This document shows positions 40,781-55,700 of a DNA stretch of 64,000 bases, piece by piece. Source of the stretch: Ranitomeya imitator. Its lineage: Eukaryota. Each line of letters starts with the position of its first letter. Position 1 is the stretch's first letter. The stretch covers positions 4,154,001 to 4,218,000 of the forward strand of contig NC_091291.1 in the NCBI RefSeq assembly GCF_032444005.1. The letters run 5' to 3'. The position numbers and the translations under genes are program-made. The notes beneath the pieces were generated by a model. It saw nothing but the letters and a program-made list of their open reading frames with translations, was not told the origin of the DNA and searched no databases.

Positions 40781-43700
40781 ACATATCCACAGTGCCCCCA
40801 TAATAACAGCCTCAGAGCCCCCAACATATCCACAGTGCCCCATAATAACAGCCTCAGAGCCCCCAACATATCCACAGTGCCCCCATAATAACAGCCTCAG
40901 TGCCCCCAACATATCCACAGTGCCCCAACATATCCACAGTGCCCCCATAATAACAGCCTCAGAGCCCCCAACATATCCACAGTGCCCCATAATAACAGCC
41001 TCAGAGCCCCCAACATATCCACAGTGCCCCATAATAACAGCCTCAGTGCCCCCAACATATCCACAGTGCCCCATAATAACAGCCTCAGAGCCCCCAACAT
41101 ATCCACAGTGCCCCATAATAACAGCCTCAGAGCCCCCAACATATCCACAGTGCCCCATAATAACAGCCTCAGTGCCCCAACATATCCACAGTGCCCCCAT
41201 AATAACAGCCTCAGTGCCCCCAACATATCCACAGTGCCCCCATAATAACAGCCTCAGTGCCCCCAACATATCCACAGTGCCCCATAATAACAGCCTCAGT
41301 GCCCCCAACATATCCACAGTGCCCCCATAATAACAGCCTCAGTGCCCCCAACATATCCACAGTGCCCCATAATAACAGCCTCAGTGCCCCCAACATATCC
41401 ACAGTGCCCCATAATAACAGCCTCAGTGCCCCAACATATCCACAGTGCCCCCATAATAACAGCCTCAGTGCCCCCAACATATCCACAGTGCCCCATAATA
41501 ACAGCCTCAGTGCCCCCAACATATCCACAGTGCCCCATAATAACAGCCTCAGTGCCCCAACATATCCACAGTGCCCCATAATAACAGCCTCAGTGCCCCC
41601 AACATATCCACAGTGCCCCCATAATAACAGCCTCAGTGCCCCCAACATATCCACAGTGCCCCATAATAACAGCCTCAGTGCCCCCAACATATCCACAGTG
41701 CCCCCATAATAACAGCCTCAGTGCCCCCAACATATCCACAGTGCCCCCATAATAACAGCCTCAGTGCCCCCAACATATCCACAGTGCCCCATAATAACAG
41801 CCTCAGTGCCCCCAACATATCCACAGTGCCCCATAATAACAGCCTCAGTGCCCCCAACATATCCACAGTGCCCCATAATAACAGCCTCAGAGCCCCCAAC
41901 ATATCCACAGTGTCCCATAATAACAGCCTCAGAGCCCCAACATATCCACAGTGCCCCATAATAACAGCCTCAGTGCCCCAACATATCCACAGTGTCCCAT
42001 AATAACAGCCTCAGTGCCCCAACATATCCACAGTGCCCCCATAATAACAGCCTCAGTGCCTCCAACATATCCACAGTGCCCCATAATAACAGCCACAGTG
42101 CCCCAACATATCCACAGTGCCCCCATAATAACAGCCACAGTGCCCCAACATATCCACAGTGCCTCCATAATAACAGCCTCAGTGCCCCCAACATATCCAC
42201 AGTGCCCCATAATAACAGCCTCAGAGCCCCAACATATCCACAGTGCCCCATAATAACAGCCTCAGTGCCCCAACATATCCACAGTGCCTCCATAATAACA
42301 GCCTCAGTGCCCCCAACATATCCACAGTGCCCCATAATAACAGCCTCAGTGCCCCAACATATCCACAGTGCCCCCATAATAACAGCCACAGTGCCCCAAC
42401 ATATCCACAGTGCCTCCATAATAACAGCCTCAGTGCCCCCAACATATCCACAGTGCCCCATAATAACAGCCACAGTGCCCCAACATATCCACAGTGCCCC
42501 ATAATAACAGCCTCAGTGCCCCAACATATCCACAGTGCCTCCATAATAACAGCCTCAGTGCCCCCAACATATCCACAGTGCCCCATAATAACAGCCTCAG
42601 TGCCCCCAACATATCCACAGTGCCCCATAATAACAGCCTCAGTGCCCCAACATATCCACAGTGCCCCATAATAACAGCCTCAGTGCCCCAACATATCCAC
42701 AGTGCCTCCATAATAACAGCCTCAGTGCCCCCAACATATCCACAGTGCCCCATAATAACAGCCTCAGTGCCCCCAACATATCCACAGTGCCCCATAATAA
42801 CAGCCTCAGTGCCCCCAACATATCCACAGTGCCCCATAATAACAGCCTCAGTGCCCCCAACATATCCACAGTGCCCCATAATAACAGCCTCAGTGCCCCA
42901 ACATATCCACAGTGCCCCCATAATAACAGCCTCAGTGCCCCCAACATATCCACAGTGCCCCCATAATAACAGCCTCAGAGCCCCCAACATATCCACAGTG
43001 CCCCATAATAACAGCCTCAGAGCCCCCAACATATCCACAGTGCCCCATAATAACAGCCTCAGTGCCCCCAACATATCCACAGTGCCCCATAATAACAGCC
43101 TCAGTGCCCCAACATATCCACAGTGCCTCCATAATAACAGCCTCAGTGCCCCCAACATATCCACAGTTCCCCATAATAACAGCCTCAGTGCCCCCAACAT
43201 ATCCACAGTGCCCCATAATAACAGCCTCAGTGCCCCCAACATATCCACAGTGCCTCCATAATAACAGCCTCAGTGCCCCCAACATATCCACAGTGCCCCA
43301 TAATAACAGCCTCAGTGCCCCCAACATATCCACAGTGCCCCCATAATAACAGCCTCAGTGCCCCCAACATATCCACAGTGCCCCATAATAACAGCCTCAG
43401 TGCCCCCAACATATCCACAGTGCCTCCATAATAACAGCCTCAGTGCCCCCAACATATCCACAGTGCCCCATAATAACAGCCTCAGTGCCCCAACATATCC
43501 ACAGTGCCTCCATAATAACAGCCTCAGTGCCCCCAACATATCCACAGTGCCCCATAATAACAGCCTCAGTGCCCCCAACATATCCACAGTGCCCCATAAT
43601 AACAGCCTCAGTGCCCCCAACATATCCACAGTGCCCCCATAATAACAGCCTCAGTGCCCCAACATATCCACAGTGCCCCCATAATAACAGCCTCAGTGCC

Positions 43701-46700
43701 CCCAACATATCCACAGTGCCCCCATAATAACAGCCTCAGAGCCCCAACATATCCACAGTGCCCCATAATAACAGCCTCAGTGCCCCAACATATCCACAGT
43801 GCCCCCATAATAACAGCCTCAGTGCCCCCAACATATCCACAGTGCCCCATAATAACAGCCACAGTGCCCCAACATATCCACAGTGCCCCCATAATAACAG
43901 CCACAGTGCCCCAACATATCCACAGTGCCTCCATAATAACAGCCTCAGTGCCCCCAACATATCCACAGTGCCCCATAATAACAGCCTCAGTGCCCCCAAC
44001 ATATCCACAGTGCCCCCATAATAACAGCCACAGTGCCCCAACATATCCACAGTGCCTCCATAATAACAGCCTCAGTGCCCCCAACATATCCACAGTGCCC
44101 CATAATAACAGCCACAGTGCCCCAACATATCCACAGTGCCCCCATAATAACAGCCACAGTGCCCCAACATATCCACAGTGCCTCCATAATAACAGCCTCA
44201 GTGCCCCCAACATATCCACAGTGCCCCATAATAACAGCCTCAGAGCCCCAACATATCCACAGTGCCCCATAATAACAGCCTCAGTGCCCCAACATATCCA
44301 CAGTGCCTCCATAATAACAGCCTCAGTGCCCCCAACATATCCACAGTGCCCCATAATAACAGCCTCAGTGCCCCAACATATCCACAGTGCCCCCATAATA
44401 ACAGCCACAGTGCCCCAACATATCCACAGTGCCTCCATAATAACAGCCTCAGTGCCCCCAACATATCCACAGTGCCCCATAATAACAGCCACAGTGCCCC
44501 AACATATCCACAGTGCCCCCATAATAACAGCCACAGTGCCCCAACATATCCACAGTGCCTCCATAATAACAGCCTCAGTGCCCCCAACATATCCACAGTG
44601 CCCCATAATAACAGCCACAGTGCCCCAACATATCCACAGTGCCCCCATAATAACAGCCACAGTGCCCCAACATATCCACAGTGCCTCCATAATAACAGCC
44701 TCAGTGCCCCCAACATATCCACAGTGCCCCATAATAACAGCCTCAGAGCCCCAACATATCCACAGTGCCCCATAATAACAGCCTCAGTGCCCCAACATAT
44801 CCACAGTGCCTCCATAATAACAGCCTCAGTGCCCCCAACATATCCACAGTGCCCCATAATAACAGCCTCAGTGCCCCAACATATCCACAGTGCCCCCATA
44901 ATAACAGCCACAGTGCCCCAACATATCCACAGTGCCTCCATAATAACAGCCTCAGTGCCCCCAACATATCCACAGTGCCCCATAATAACAGCCACAGTGC
45001 CCCAACATATCCACAGTGCCCCATAATAACAGCCTCAGTGCCCCAACATATCCACAGTGCCTCCATAATAACAGCCTCAGTGCCCCCAACATATCCACAG
45101 TGCCCCATAATAACAGCCTCAGTGCCCCCAACATATCCACAGTGCCCCATAATAACAGCCTCAGTGCCCCAACATATCCACAGTGCCCCATAATAACAGC
45201 CTCAGTGCCCCAACATATCCACAGTGCCTCCATAATAACAGCCTCAGTGCCCCCAACATATCCACAGTGCCCCATAATAACAGCCTCAGTGCCCCCAACA
45301 TATCCACAGTGCCCCATAATAACAGCCTCAGTGCCCCCAACATATCCACAGTGCCCCATAATAACAGCCTCAGTGCCCCCAACATATCCACAGTGCCCCC
45401 ATAATAACAGCCTCAGTGCCCCAACATATCCACAGTGCCCCCATAATAACAGCCTCAGTGCCCCCAACATATCCACAGTGCCCCCATAATAACAGCCTCA
45501 GAGCCCCCAACATATCCACAGTGCCCCATAATAACAGCCTCAGAGCCCCCAACATATCCACAGTGCCCCATAATAACAGCCTCAGTGCCCCCAACATATC
45601 CACAGTGCCCCATAATAACAGCCTCAGTGCCCCAACATATCCACAGTGCCTCCATAATAACAGCCTCAGTGCCCCCAACATATCCACAGTTCCCCATAAT
45701 AACAGCCTCAGTGCCCCCAACATATCCACAGTGCCCCATAACAGCCTCAGTGCCCCCAACATATCCACAGTGCCTCCATAATAACAGCCTCAGTGCCCCC
45801 AACATATCCACAGTGCCCCATAATAACAGCCTCAGTGCCCCCAACATATCCACAGTGCCCCCATAATAACAGCCTCAGTGCCCCCAACATATCCACAGTG
45901 CCCCATAATAACAGCCTCAGTGCCCCCAACATATCCACAGTGCCTCCATAATAACAGCCTCAGTGCCCCCAACATATCCACAGTGCCCCATAATAACAGC
46001 CTCAGTGCCCCAACATATCCACAGTGCCTCCATAATAACAGCCTCAGTGCCCCCAACATATCCACAGTGCCCCATAATAACAGCCTCAGTGCCCCCAACA
46101 TATCCACAGTGCCCCATAATAACAGCCTCAGTGCCCCCAACATATCCACAGTGCCCCCATAATAACAGCCTCAGTGCCCCAACATATCCACAGTGCCCCC
46201 ATAATAACAGCCTCAGTGCCCCCAACATATCCACAGTGCCCCCATAATAACAGCCTCAGAGCCCCCAACATATCCACAGTGCCCCATAATAACAGCCTCA
46301 GAGCCCCCAACATATCCACAGTGCCCCATAATAACAGCCTCAGTGCCCCCAACATATCCACAGTGCCCCATAATAACAGCCTCAGTGCCCCCAACATATC
46401 CACAGTGCCTCCATAATAACAGCCTCAGTGCCCCCAACATATCCACAGTGCCCCATAATAACAGCCTCAGTGCCCCCAACATATCCACAGTGCCCCCATA
46501 ATAACAGCCTCAGAGCCCCCAACATATCCACAGTGCCTCCATAATAACAGCCTCAGTGCCCCCAACATATCCACAGTGCCCCATAATAACAGCCTCAGAG
46601 CCCCCAACATATCCACAGTGCCCCATAATAACAGCCTCAGAGCCCCCAACATATCCACAGTGCCCCCATAATAACAGCCTCAGAGCCCCCAACATATCCA

Positions 46701-49700
46701 CAGTGCCCCATAATAACAGCCTCAGAGCCCCCAACATATCCACAGTGCCCCATAATAACAGCCTCAGTGCCCCCAACATATCCACAGTGCCCCATAATAA
46801 CAGCCTCAGAGCCCCCAACATATCCACAGTGCCCCCATAATAACAGCCTCAGAGCCCCCAACATATCCACAGTGCCCCATAATAACAGCCTCAGTGCCCC
46901 CAACATATCCACAGTGCCCCATAATAACAGCCTCAGTGCCCCAACATATCCACAGTGCCCCATAATAACAGCCTCAGTGCCCCCAACATATCCACAGTGC
47001 CCCATAATAACAGCCTCAGTGCCCCAACATATCCACAGTGCCCCCATAATAACAGCCTCAGAGCCCCCAACATATCCACAGTGCCCCCATAATAACAGCC
47101 TCAGAGCCCCCAACATATCCACAGTGCCCCATAATAACAGCCTCAGTGCCCCCAACATATCCACAGTGCCCCCATAATAACAGCCTCAGAGCCCCCAACA
47201 TATCCACAGTGCCCCCATAATAACAGCCTCAGTGCCCCAACATATCCACAGTGCCCCCATAATAACAGCCTCAGTGCCCCCATAATAACAGCCTCAGTGC
47301 CTCCATAATAACAGCCTCAGTGCCCCCAACATATCCACAGTGCCCCCATAATAACAGCCTCAGAGCCCCCAACATATCCACAGTGCCTCCATAATAACAG
47401 CCTCAGTGCCCCCAACATATCCACAGTGCCCCCATAATAACAGCCTCAGTGCCCCCATAATAACAGCCTCAGTGCCTCCATAATAACAGCCTCAGTGCCC
47501 CCAACATATCCACAGTGCCCCCATAATAACAGCCTCAGTGCACCAACATATCCACAGTGCCCCATAATAACAGCCTCAGTGCCCCCAACATATCCACAGT
47601 GCCCCCATAATAACAGCCTCAGTGCCCCCAACATATCCACAGTGCCCCATAATAACAGCCTCAGTGCCCCAACATATCCACAGTGCCCCATAATAACAGC
47701 CACAGTGCCCCCAACATATCCACAGTGCCCCATAATAACAGCCTCAGTGCCCCAACATATCCACAGTGCCTCCATAATAACAGCCTCAGTGCCCCCAACA
47801 TATCCACAGTGCCCCATAATAACAGCCTCAGTGCCCCAACATATCCACAGTGCCTCCATAATAACAGCCTCAGTGCCCCCAACATATCCACAGTGCCCCA
47901 TAATAACAGCCTCAGTGCCCCCAACATATCCACAGTGCCCCCATAATAACAGCCTCAGTGCCCCCAACATATCCACAGTGCCCCATAATAACAGCCTCAG
48001 TGCCCCCAACATATCCACAGTGCCCCATAATAACAGCCTCAGTGCCCCAACATATCCACAGTGCCCCCATAATAACAGCCTCAGTGCCCCCAACATATCC
48101 ACAGTGCCCCATAATAACAGCCTCAGTGCCCCCAACATATCCACAGTGCCCCCATAATAACAGCCTCAGAGCCCCCAACATATCTACAGTGCCCCATAAT
48201 AACAGCCTCAGTGCCCCCAACATATCCACAGTGCCCCATAATAACAGCCTCAGTGCCCCAACATATCCACAGTGCCCCCATAATAACAGCCTCAGTGCCC
48301 CCAACATATCCACAGTGCCCCCATAATAACAGCCTCAGTGCCCCCAACATATCCACAGTGCCCCATAATAACAGCCTCAGTGCCCCAACATATCCACAGT
48401 GCCCCCATAATAACAGCCTCAGTGCCCCCAACATATCCACAGTGCCCCCATAATAACAGCCTCAGTGCCCCCAACATATCCACAGTGCCCCATAATAACA
48501 GCCTCAGTGCCCCCAACATATCCACAGTGCCTCCATAATAACAGCCTCAGTGCCCCCAACATATCCACAGTGCCCCCATAATAACAGCCTCAGTGCCCCC
48601 AACATATCCACAGTGCCCCCATAATAACAGCCTCAGTGCCCCCAACATATCCACAGTGCCCCATAATAACAGCCTCAGTGCCCCCAACATATCCACAGTG
48701 CCCCATAATAACAGCCTCAGTGCCCCCAACATATCCACAGTGCCCCATAATAACAGCCTCAGTGCCCCCAACATATCCACAGTGCCCCATAATAACAGCC
48801 TCAGTGCCCCCAACATATCCACAGTGCCCCCATAATAACAGCCTCAGTGCCCCAACATATCCACAGTGCCCCCATAATAACAGCCTCAGTGCCCCCAATA
48901 TATCCACAGTGCCCCATAATAACAGCCCCAGTGCCCCCAACATATCCACAGTGCCCCATAATAACAGCCTCAGTGCCCCCAACATATCCACAGTGCCCCC
49001 ATAATAACAGCCTCAGTGCCCCAACATATCCAGTGCCCCCATAGTAACAGCCTCAGTGCCCCCAATATATCCACAGTGCCCCATAATAACAGCCTCAGTG
49101 CCCCCAACATATCCACAGTGCCCCATAATAACAGCCTCAGTGCCCCCAACATATCCACAGTGCCCCCATAATAACAGCCTCAGTGCCCCAACATATCCAC
49201 AGTGCCCCCATAATAACAGCCTCAGTGCCCCCAACATATCCACAGTGCCCCATAATAACAGCCTCAGTGCCCCCAACATATCCACAGTGCCCCCATAATA
49301 ACAGCCTCAGTGCCCCAACATATCCACAGTGCCCCCATAATAACAGCCTCAGTGCCCCCAACATATCCACAGTGCCCCCATAATAACAGCCTCAGTGCCC
49401 CCAACATATCCACAGTGCCCCATTATAACAGCCTCAGTGCCCCCAACATATCCACAGTGCCCCATAATAACAGCCTCAGTGCCCCCAACATATCCACAGT
49501 GCCCCATAATAACAGCCTCAGTGCCCCCAACATATCCACAGTGCCCCATAATAACAGCCTCAGTGCCCCAACATATCCACAGTGCCCCCATAATAACAGC
49601 CTCAGTGCCCCCAACATATCCACAGTGCCCCATAATAACAGCCTCAGTGCCCCCAACATATCCACAGTGCCCCCATAATAACAGCCTCAGTGCCCCAACA

Positions 49701-52700
49701 TATCCACAGTGCCCCCATAATAACAGCCTCAGTGCCCCCAACATATCCATAGTGCCCCCATAATAAGAGCCTCAGTGCCCCCATAATAAGAGCCTCAGTG
49801 CCCCCATAATAACAGCCTCAGTGCCCCCAACATATCCATAGTGCCCCCATAATAACAGCCTCAGTGCCCCCATAATAAGAGCCTCAGTGCCCCCATAATA
49901 ACAGCCTCAGTGCCCCCAACATATCCGCAGTGCCCCCATAATAACAGCCTCAGTGCCCCCAACATATCCACAGTGCCCCCATAATAACAGCCTCAGTGCC
50001 CCCAACATATCCACAGTGCCCCATAATAACAGCCTCAGTGCCCCCAACATATCCACAGTGCCCCCATAATAACAGCCTCAGTGCCCCCAACATATCCACA
50101 GTGCCCCATAATAACAGCCTCAGTGCCCCCAACATATCCACAGTGCCCCCATAATAACAGCCTCAGTGCCCCCAACATATCCACAGTGCCCCCATGATAA
50201 CAGCCTCAGTGCCCCCAACATATCCACAGTGCCCCATAATAACAGCCTCAGTGCCCCCAACATATCCACAGTGCCCCATAATAACAGCCTCAGTGCCCCC
50301 AACATATCCACAGTGCCCCAATGATAACAGCCTCAGTGCCCCCAACATATCCACAGTGCCCCATAATAACAGCCTCAGTGCCCCCAACATATCCACAGTG
50401 CCCCATAATAACAGCCTCAGTGCCCCAACATATCCACAGTGCCCCCATGATAACAGCCTCAGTGCCCCCAACATATCCACAGTGCCCCATAATAACAGCC
50501 TCAGTGCCCCCAACATATCCACAGTGCCCCATAATAACAGCCTCAGTGCCCCAACATATCCACAGTGCCCCCATGATAACAGCCTCAGTGCCCCCAACAT
50601 ATCCACAGTGCCCCCATAATAACAGCCTCAGTGCACCAACATATCCACAGTGCCCCATAACAGCCTCAGTGCCCCCAAAATATCCACAGTGCCCCATAAC
50701 AGCCTCAGTGCCCCCAAAATATCCACAGTGCCCCCATAATAACAGCCTCACTGCCCCCAACATGCCCACAGTGCCCCATAATAACAGCCTCAGTGCCCCC
50801 AACATATCCACAATGCCCCATAATAACAGCCTCAGTGCCCCCAACATATCCACAATGCCCCATAACAGCCTCAGTGCCCCAACATATCCACAGTGCCCCC
50901 ATAATAACAGCCTCAGTGCCCCCAACATATCCACAGTGCCCCCATAATAACAGCCTCAGTGCCCCCAACATATCCACAATGCCCCATAATAACAGCCTCA
51001 GTGCCCCCAACATATCCACAATGCCCCATAACAGCCTCAGTGCCCCAACATATCCACAGTGCCCCCATAATAACAGCCTCAGTGCCCCCAACATATCCAC
51101 AGTGCCCCATAATAACAGTCTCAGTGCCCCAACATATCCACAGTGCCCCCATAATAACAGCCTCAGTGCCCCAACATATCTACAGTGCCCCCATAATAAC
51201 AGTCTCAGTGCCCCCAACATATCCACAGTGCCCCATAATAACAGCCTCAGTGCCCCAACATATCCACACTGCCCCATAATAACAGCCTCAGTGCCCCAAC
51301 ATATCCACAGTGCCCCCATAATAACAGCCTCAGTGCCCCAACATATCCACACTGCCCCATAATAACAGCCTCAGTGCCCCAACATATCTACAGTGCCCCA
51401 TAATAACAGCCTCAGTGCCCCAACATATCCACAGTGCCCCATAATAACAGCCTCACTGCCCCCATGTCCACAGTGCCCCATAATAACAGCCTCAGTGCCC
51501 CAACATATACACAGTGCCCCCATGATAACAGCCTCAGTGCCCCAACACATCCACAGTGCCCCATAATAACAGCCTCAGTGCCCCAACATATCCATAGTGC
51601 CCCATAATAACAGCCTCAGTGCCCCCAACATATCCACAGTGCCCCATAATAACAGCCTCAGTGCCCCAACATATCCACAGTGCCCCCATAATTTCAGCCT
51701 CAGTGCCCCAACATATCCACAGTGCCCCATAATAACAGCCTCAGTGCCCCAACATATCCACAGTGCCCCCATGATAACAGCCTCAGTGCCCCAACATATC
51801 CACAGTGCCCCATAATAACAGCCTCAGTGCCCCCAACATATCCACAGTGCCCCATAACAGCCTCAGTGCCCCAACATATCCACAGTGCCCCATAATAACA
51901 GCCTCAGTGCCCCCATAATAACAGCCTCAGAGCCCCCAACATATCCACAGTGCCCCCATAATAACAGCCTCAGTGCCCCCAACATATCCACAGTGCCCCC
52001 ATAATAACAGCCTCAGTGCCCCCAACATATCCACAGTGCCCCCATAATAACAGCCTCAGTGCCCCCAACATATCCACAGTGCCCCATAATAACAGCCTCA
52101 GTGTCCCCAACATATCCACAGTGCCCCCATAATAACAGCCTCAGTGCCCCCATAATAACAGCCTCAGTGCCCCCATAATAACAGCCTCAGTGCCCCCAAC
52201 ATATCCGCAGTGCCCCCATAACAGCCTCAGTGCCCCCAACATATCCACAGTGCCCCATAATAACAGCCTCAGTGCCCCCAACATATCCACAGTGCCCCCA
52301 TAATAACAGCCTCAGTGCCCCCAACATATCCACAGTGCCCCCATAATAACAGCCTCAGTGCCCCCATAATAACAGCCTCAGTGCCCCCATAATAACAGCC
52401 TCAGTGCCCCCAACATATCCGCAGTGCCCCCATAATAACAGCCTCAGTGCCCCCAACATATCCACAGTGCCCCCATAATAACAGCCTCAGTGCCCCCAAC
52501 ATATCCACAGTGCCCCATAACAGCCTCAGTGCCCCCAACATATCCACAGTGCCCCATAATAACAGCCTCAGTGCCCCCAACATATCCACAGTGCCCCCAT
52601 AATAACAGCCTCAGTGCCCCAACATATCCACAGTGCCCCCATAATAACAGCCTCAGTGCCCCAACATATCCACAGTGCCCCCATGATAACAGCCTCAGTG

Positions 52701-55700
52701 CCCCCAACATATCCACAGTGCCCCCATAATAACAGCCTCAGTGCCCCCAACATATCCACAGTGCCCCATAATAACAGCCTCAGAGCCCCCAACATATCCA
52801 CAGTGCCCCATAATAACAGCCTCAGTGCCCCCAAGATATCCACAGTGCCCCATATTAACAGCCTCAGTGCCTCCAACATATCCACAGTGCCCCCATAATA
52901 ACAGCCTCAGTGCCCCCAAGATATCCACAGTGCCCCATAATAACAGCCTCAGTGCCCCCAACATATCCACAGTGCCCCATAATAACAGCCACAGTGCCCC
53001 CAAGATATCCACAGTGCCCCATATTAACAGCCTCAGTGCCCCCAACATATCCACAGTGCCCCATAATAACAGCCTCAGAGCCCCAACATATCCACAGTGC
53101 CCCATAATAACAGCCTCAGTGCCCCCAACATATCCACAGTGCCCCATAATAACAGCCTCAGTGCCCCCAAGATATCCACAGTGCCCCCATAATAACAGCC
53201 TCAGTGCCCCAACATATCCACAGTGCCCCCATGATAACAGCCTCAGTGCCCCCAACATATCCACAGTGCCCCATAATAACAGCCTCAGTGCCCCCAACAT
53301 ATCCACAGTGCCCCATAATAACAGCCTCAGTGCCCCCAACATATCCACAGTGCCCCATAATAACAGCCTGAGTGCCCCAACATATCCACAGTGCCCCCAT
53401 AATAACAGCCTCAGTGCCCCCAACATATCCACAGTGCCCCCATAATAACAGCCTCAGAGCCCCCAACATATCCACAGTGCCCCATAATAACAGCCTCAGA
53501 GCCCCCAACATATCCACAGTGCCCCATAATAACAGCCTCAGTGCCCCCAACATATCCACAGTGCCCCATAATAACAGCCTCAGTGCCCCAACATATCCAC
53601 AGTGCCTCCATAATAACAGCCTCAGTGCCCCCAACATATCCACAGTTCCCCATAATAACAGCCTCAGTGCCCCCAACATATCCACAGTGCCCCATAATAA
53701 CAGCCTCAGTGCCCCCAACATATCCACAGTGCCTCCATAATAACAGCCTCAGTGCCCCCAACATATCCACAGTGCCCCATAATAACAGCCTCAGTGCCCC
53801 CAACATATCCACAGTGCCCCCATAATAACAGCCTCAGTGCCCCCAACATATCCACAGTGCCCCATAATAACAGCCTCAGTGCCCCCAACATATCCACAGT
53901 GCCTCCATAATAACAGCCTCAGTGCCCCCAACATATCCACAGTGCCCCATAATAACAGCCTCAGTGCCCCAACATATCCACAGTGCCTCCATAATAACAG
54001 CCTCAGTGCCCCCAACATATCCACAGTGCCCCATAATAACAGCCTCAGTGCCCCCAACATATCCACAGTGCCCCATAATAACAGCCTCAGTGCCCCCAAC
54101 ATATCCACAGTGCCCCCATAATAACAGCCTCAGTGCCCCAACATATCCACAGTGCCCCCATAATAACAGCCTCAGTGCCCCCAACATATCCACAGTGCCC
54201 CCATAATAACAGCCTCAGAGCCCCAACATATCCACAGTGCCCCATAATAACAGCCTCAGTGCCCCAACATATCCACAGTGCCCCCATAATAACAGCCTCA
54301 GTGCCCCCAACATATCCACAGTGCCCCATAATAACAGCCACAGTGCCCCAACATATCCACAGTGCCCCCATAATAACAGCCACAGTGCCCCAACATATCC
54401 ACAGTGCCTCCATAATAACAGCCTCAGTGCCCCCAACATATCCACAGTGCCCCATAATAACAGCCTCAGTGCCCCCAACATATCCACAGTGCCCCCATAA
54501 TAACAGCCACAGTGCCCCAACATATCCACAGTGCCTCCATAATAACAGCCTCAGTGCCCCCAACATATCCACAGTGCCCCATAATAACAGCCACAGTGCC
54601 CCAACATATCCACAGTGCCCCCATAATAACAGCCACAGTGCCCCAACATATCCACAGTGCCTCCATAATAACAGCCTCAGTGCCCCCAACATATCCACAG
54701 TGCCCCATAATAACAGCCTCAGAGCCCCAACATATCCACAGTGCCCCATAATAACAGCCTCAGTGCCCCAACATATCCACAGTGCCTCCATAATAACAGC
54801 CTCAGTGCCCCCAACATATCCACAGTGCCCCATAATAACAGCCTCAGTGCCCCAACATATCCACAGTGCCCCCATAATAACAGCCACAGTGCCCCAACAT
54901 ATCCACAGTGCCTCCATAATAACAGCCTCAGTGCCCCCAACATATCCACAGTGCCCCATAATAACAGCCACAGTGCCCCAACATATCCACAGTGCCCCCA
55001 TAATAACAGCCACAGTGCCCCAACATATCCACAGTGCCTCCATAATAACAGCCTCAGTGCCCCCAACATATCCACAGTGCCCCATAATAACAGCCACAGT
55101 GCCCCAACATATCCACAGTGCCCCCATAATAACAGCCACAGTGCCCCAACATATCCACAGTGCCTCCATAATAACAGCCTCAGTGCCCCCAACATATCCA
55201 CAGTGCCCCATAATAACAGCCTCAGAGCCCCAACATATCCACAGTGCCCCATAATAACAGCCTCAGTGCCCCAACATATCCACAGTGCCTCCATAATAAC
55301 AGCCTCAGTGCCCCCAACATATCCACAGTGCCCCATAATAACAGCCTCAGTGCCCCAACATATCCACAGTGCCCCCATAATAACAGCCACAGTGCCCCAA
55401 CATATCCACAGTGCCTCCATAATAACAGCCTCAGTGCCCCCAACATATCCACAGTGCCCCATAATAACAGCCACAGTGCCCCAACATATCCACAGTGCCC
55501 CATAATAACAGCCTCAGTGCCCCAACATATCCACAGTGCCTCCATAATAACAGCCTCAGTGCCCCCAACATATCCACAGTGCCCCATAATAACAGCCTCA
55601 GTGCCCCCAACATATCCACAGTGCCCCATAATAACAGCCTCAGTGCCCCAACATATCCACAGTGCCCCATAATAACAGCCTCAGTGCCCCAACATATCCA

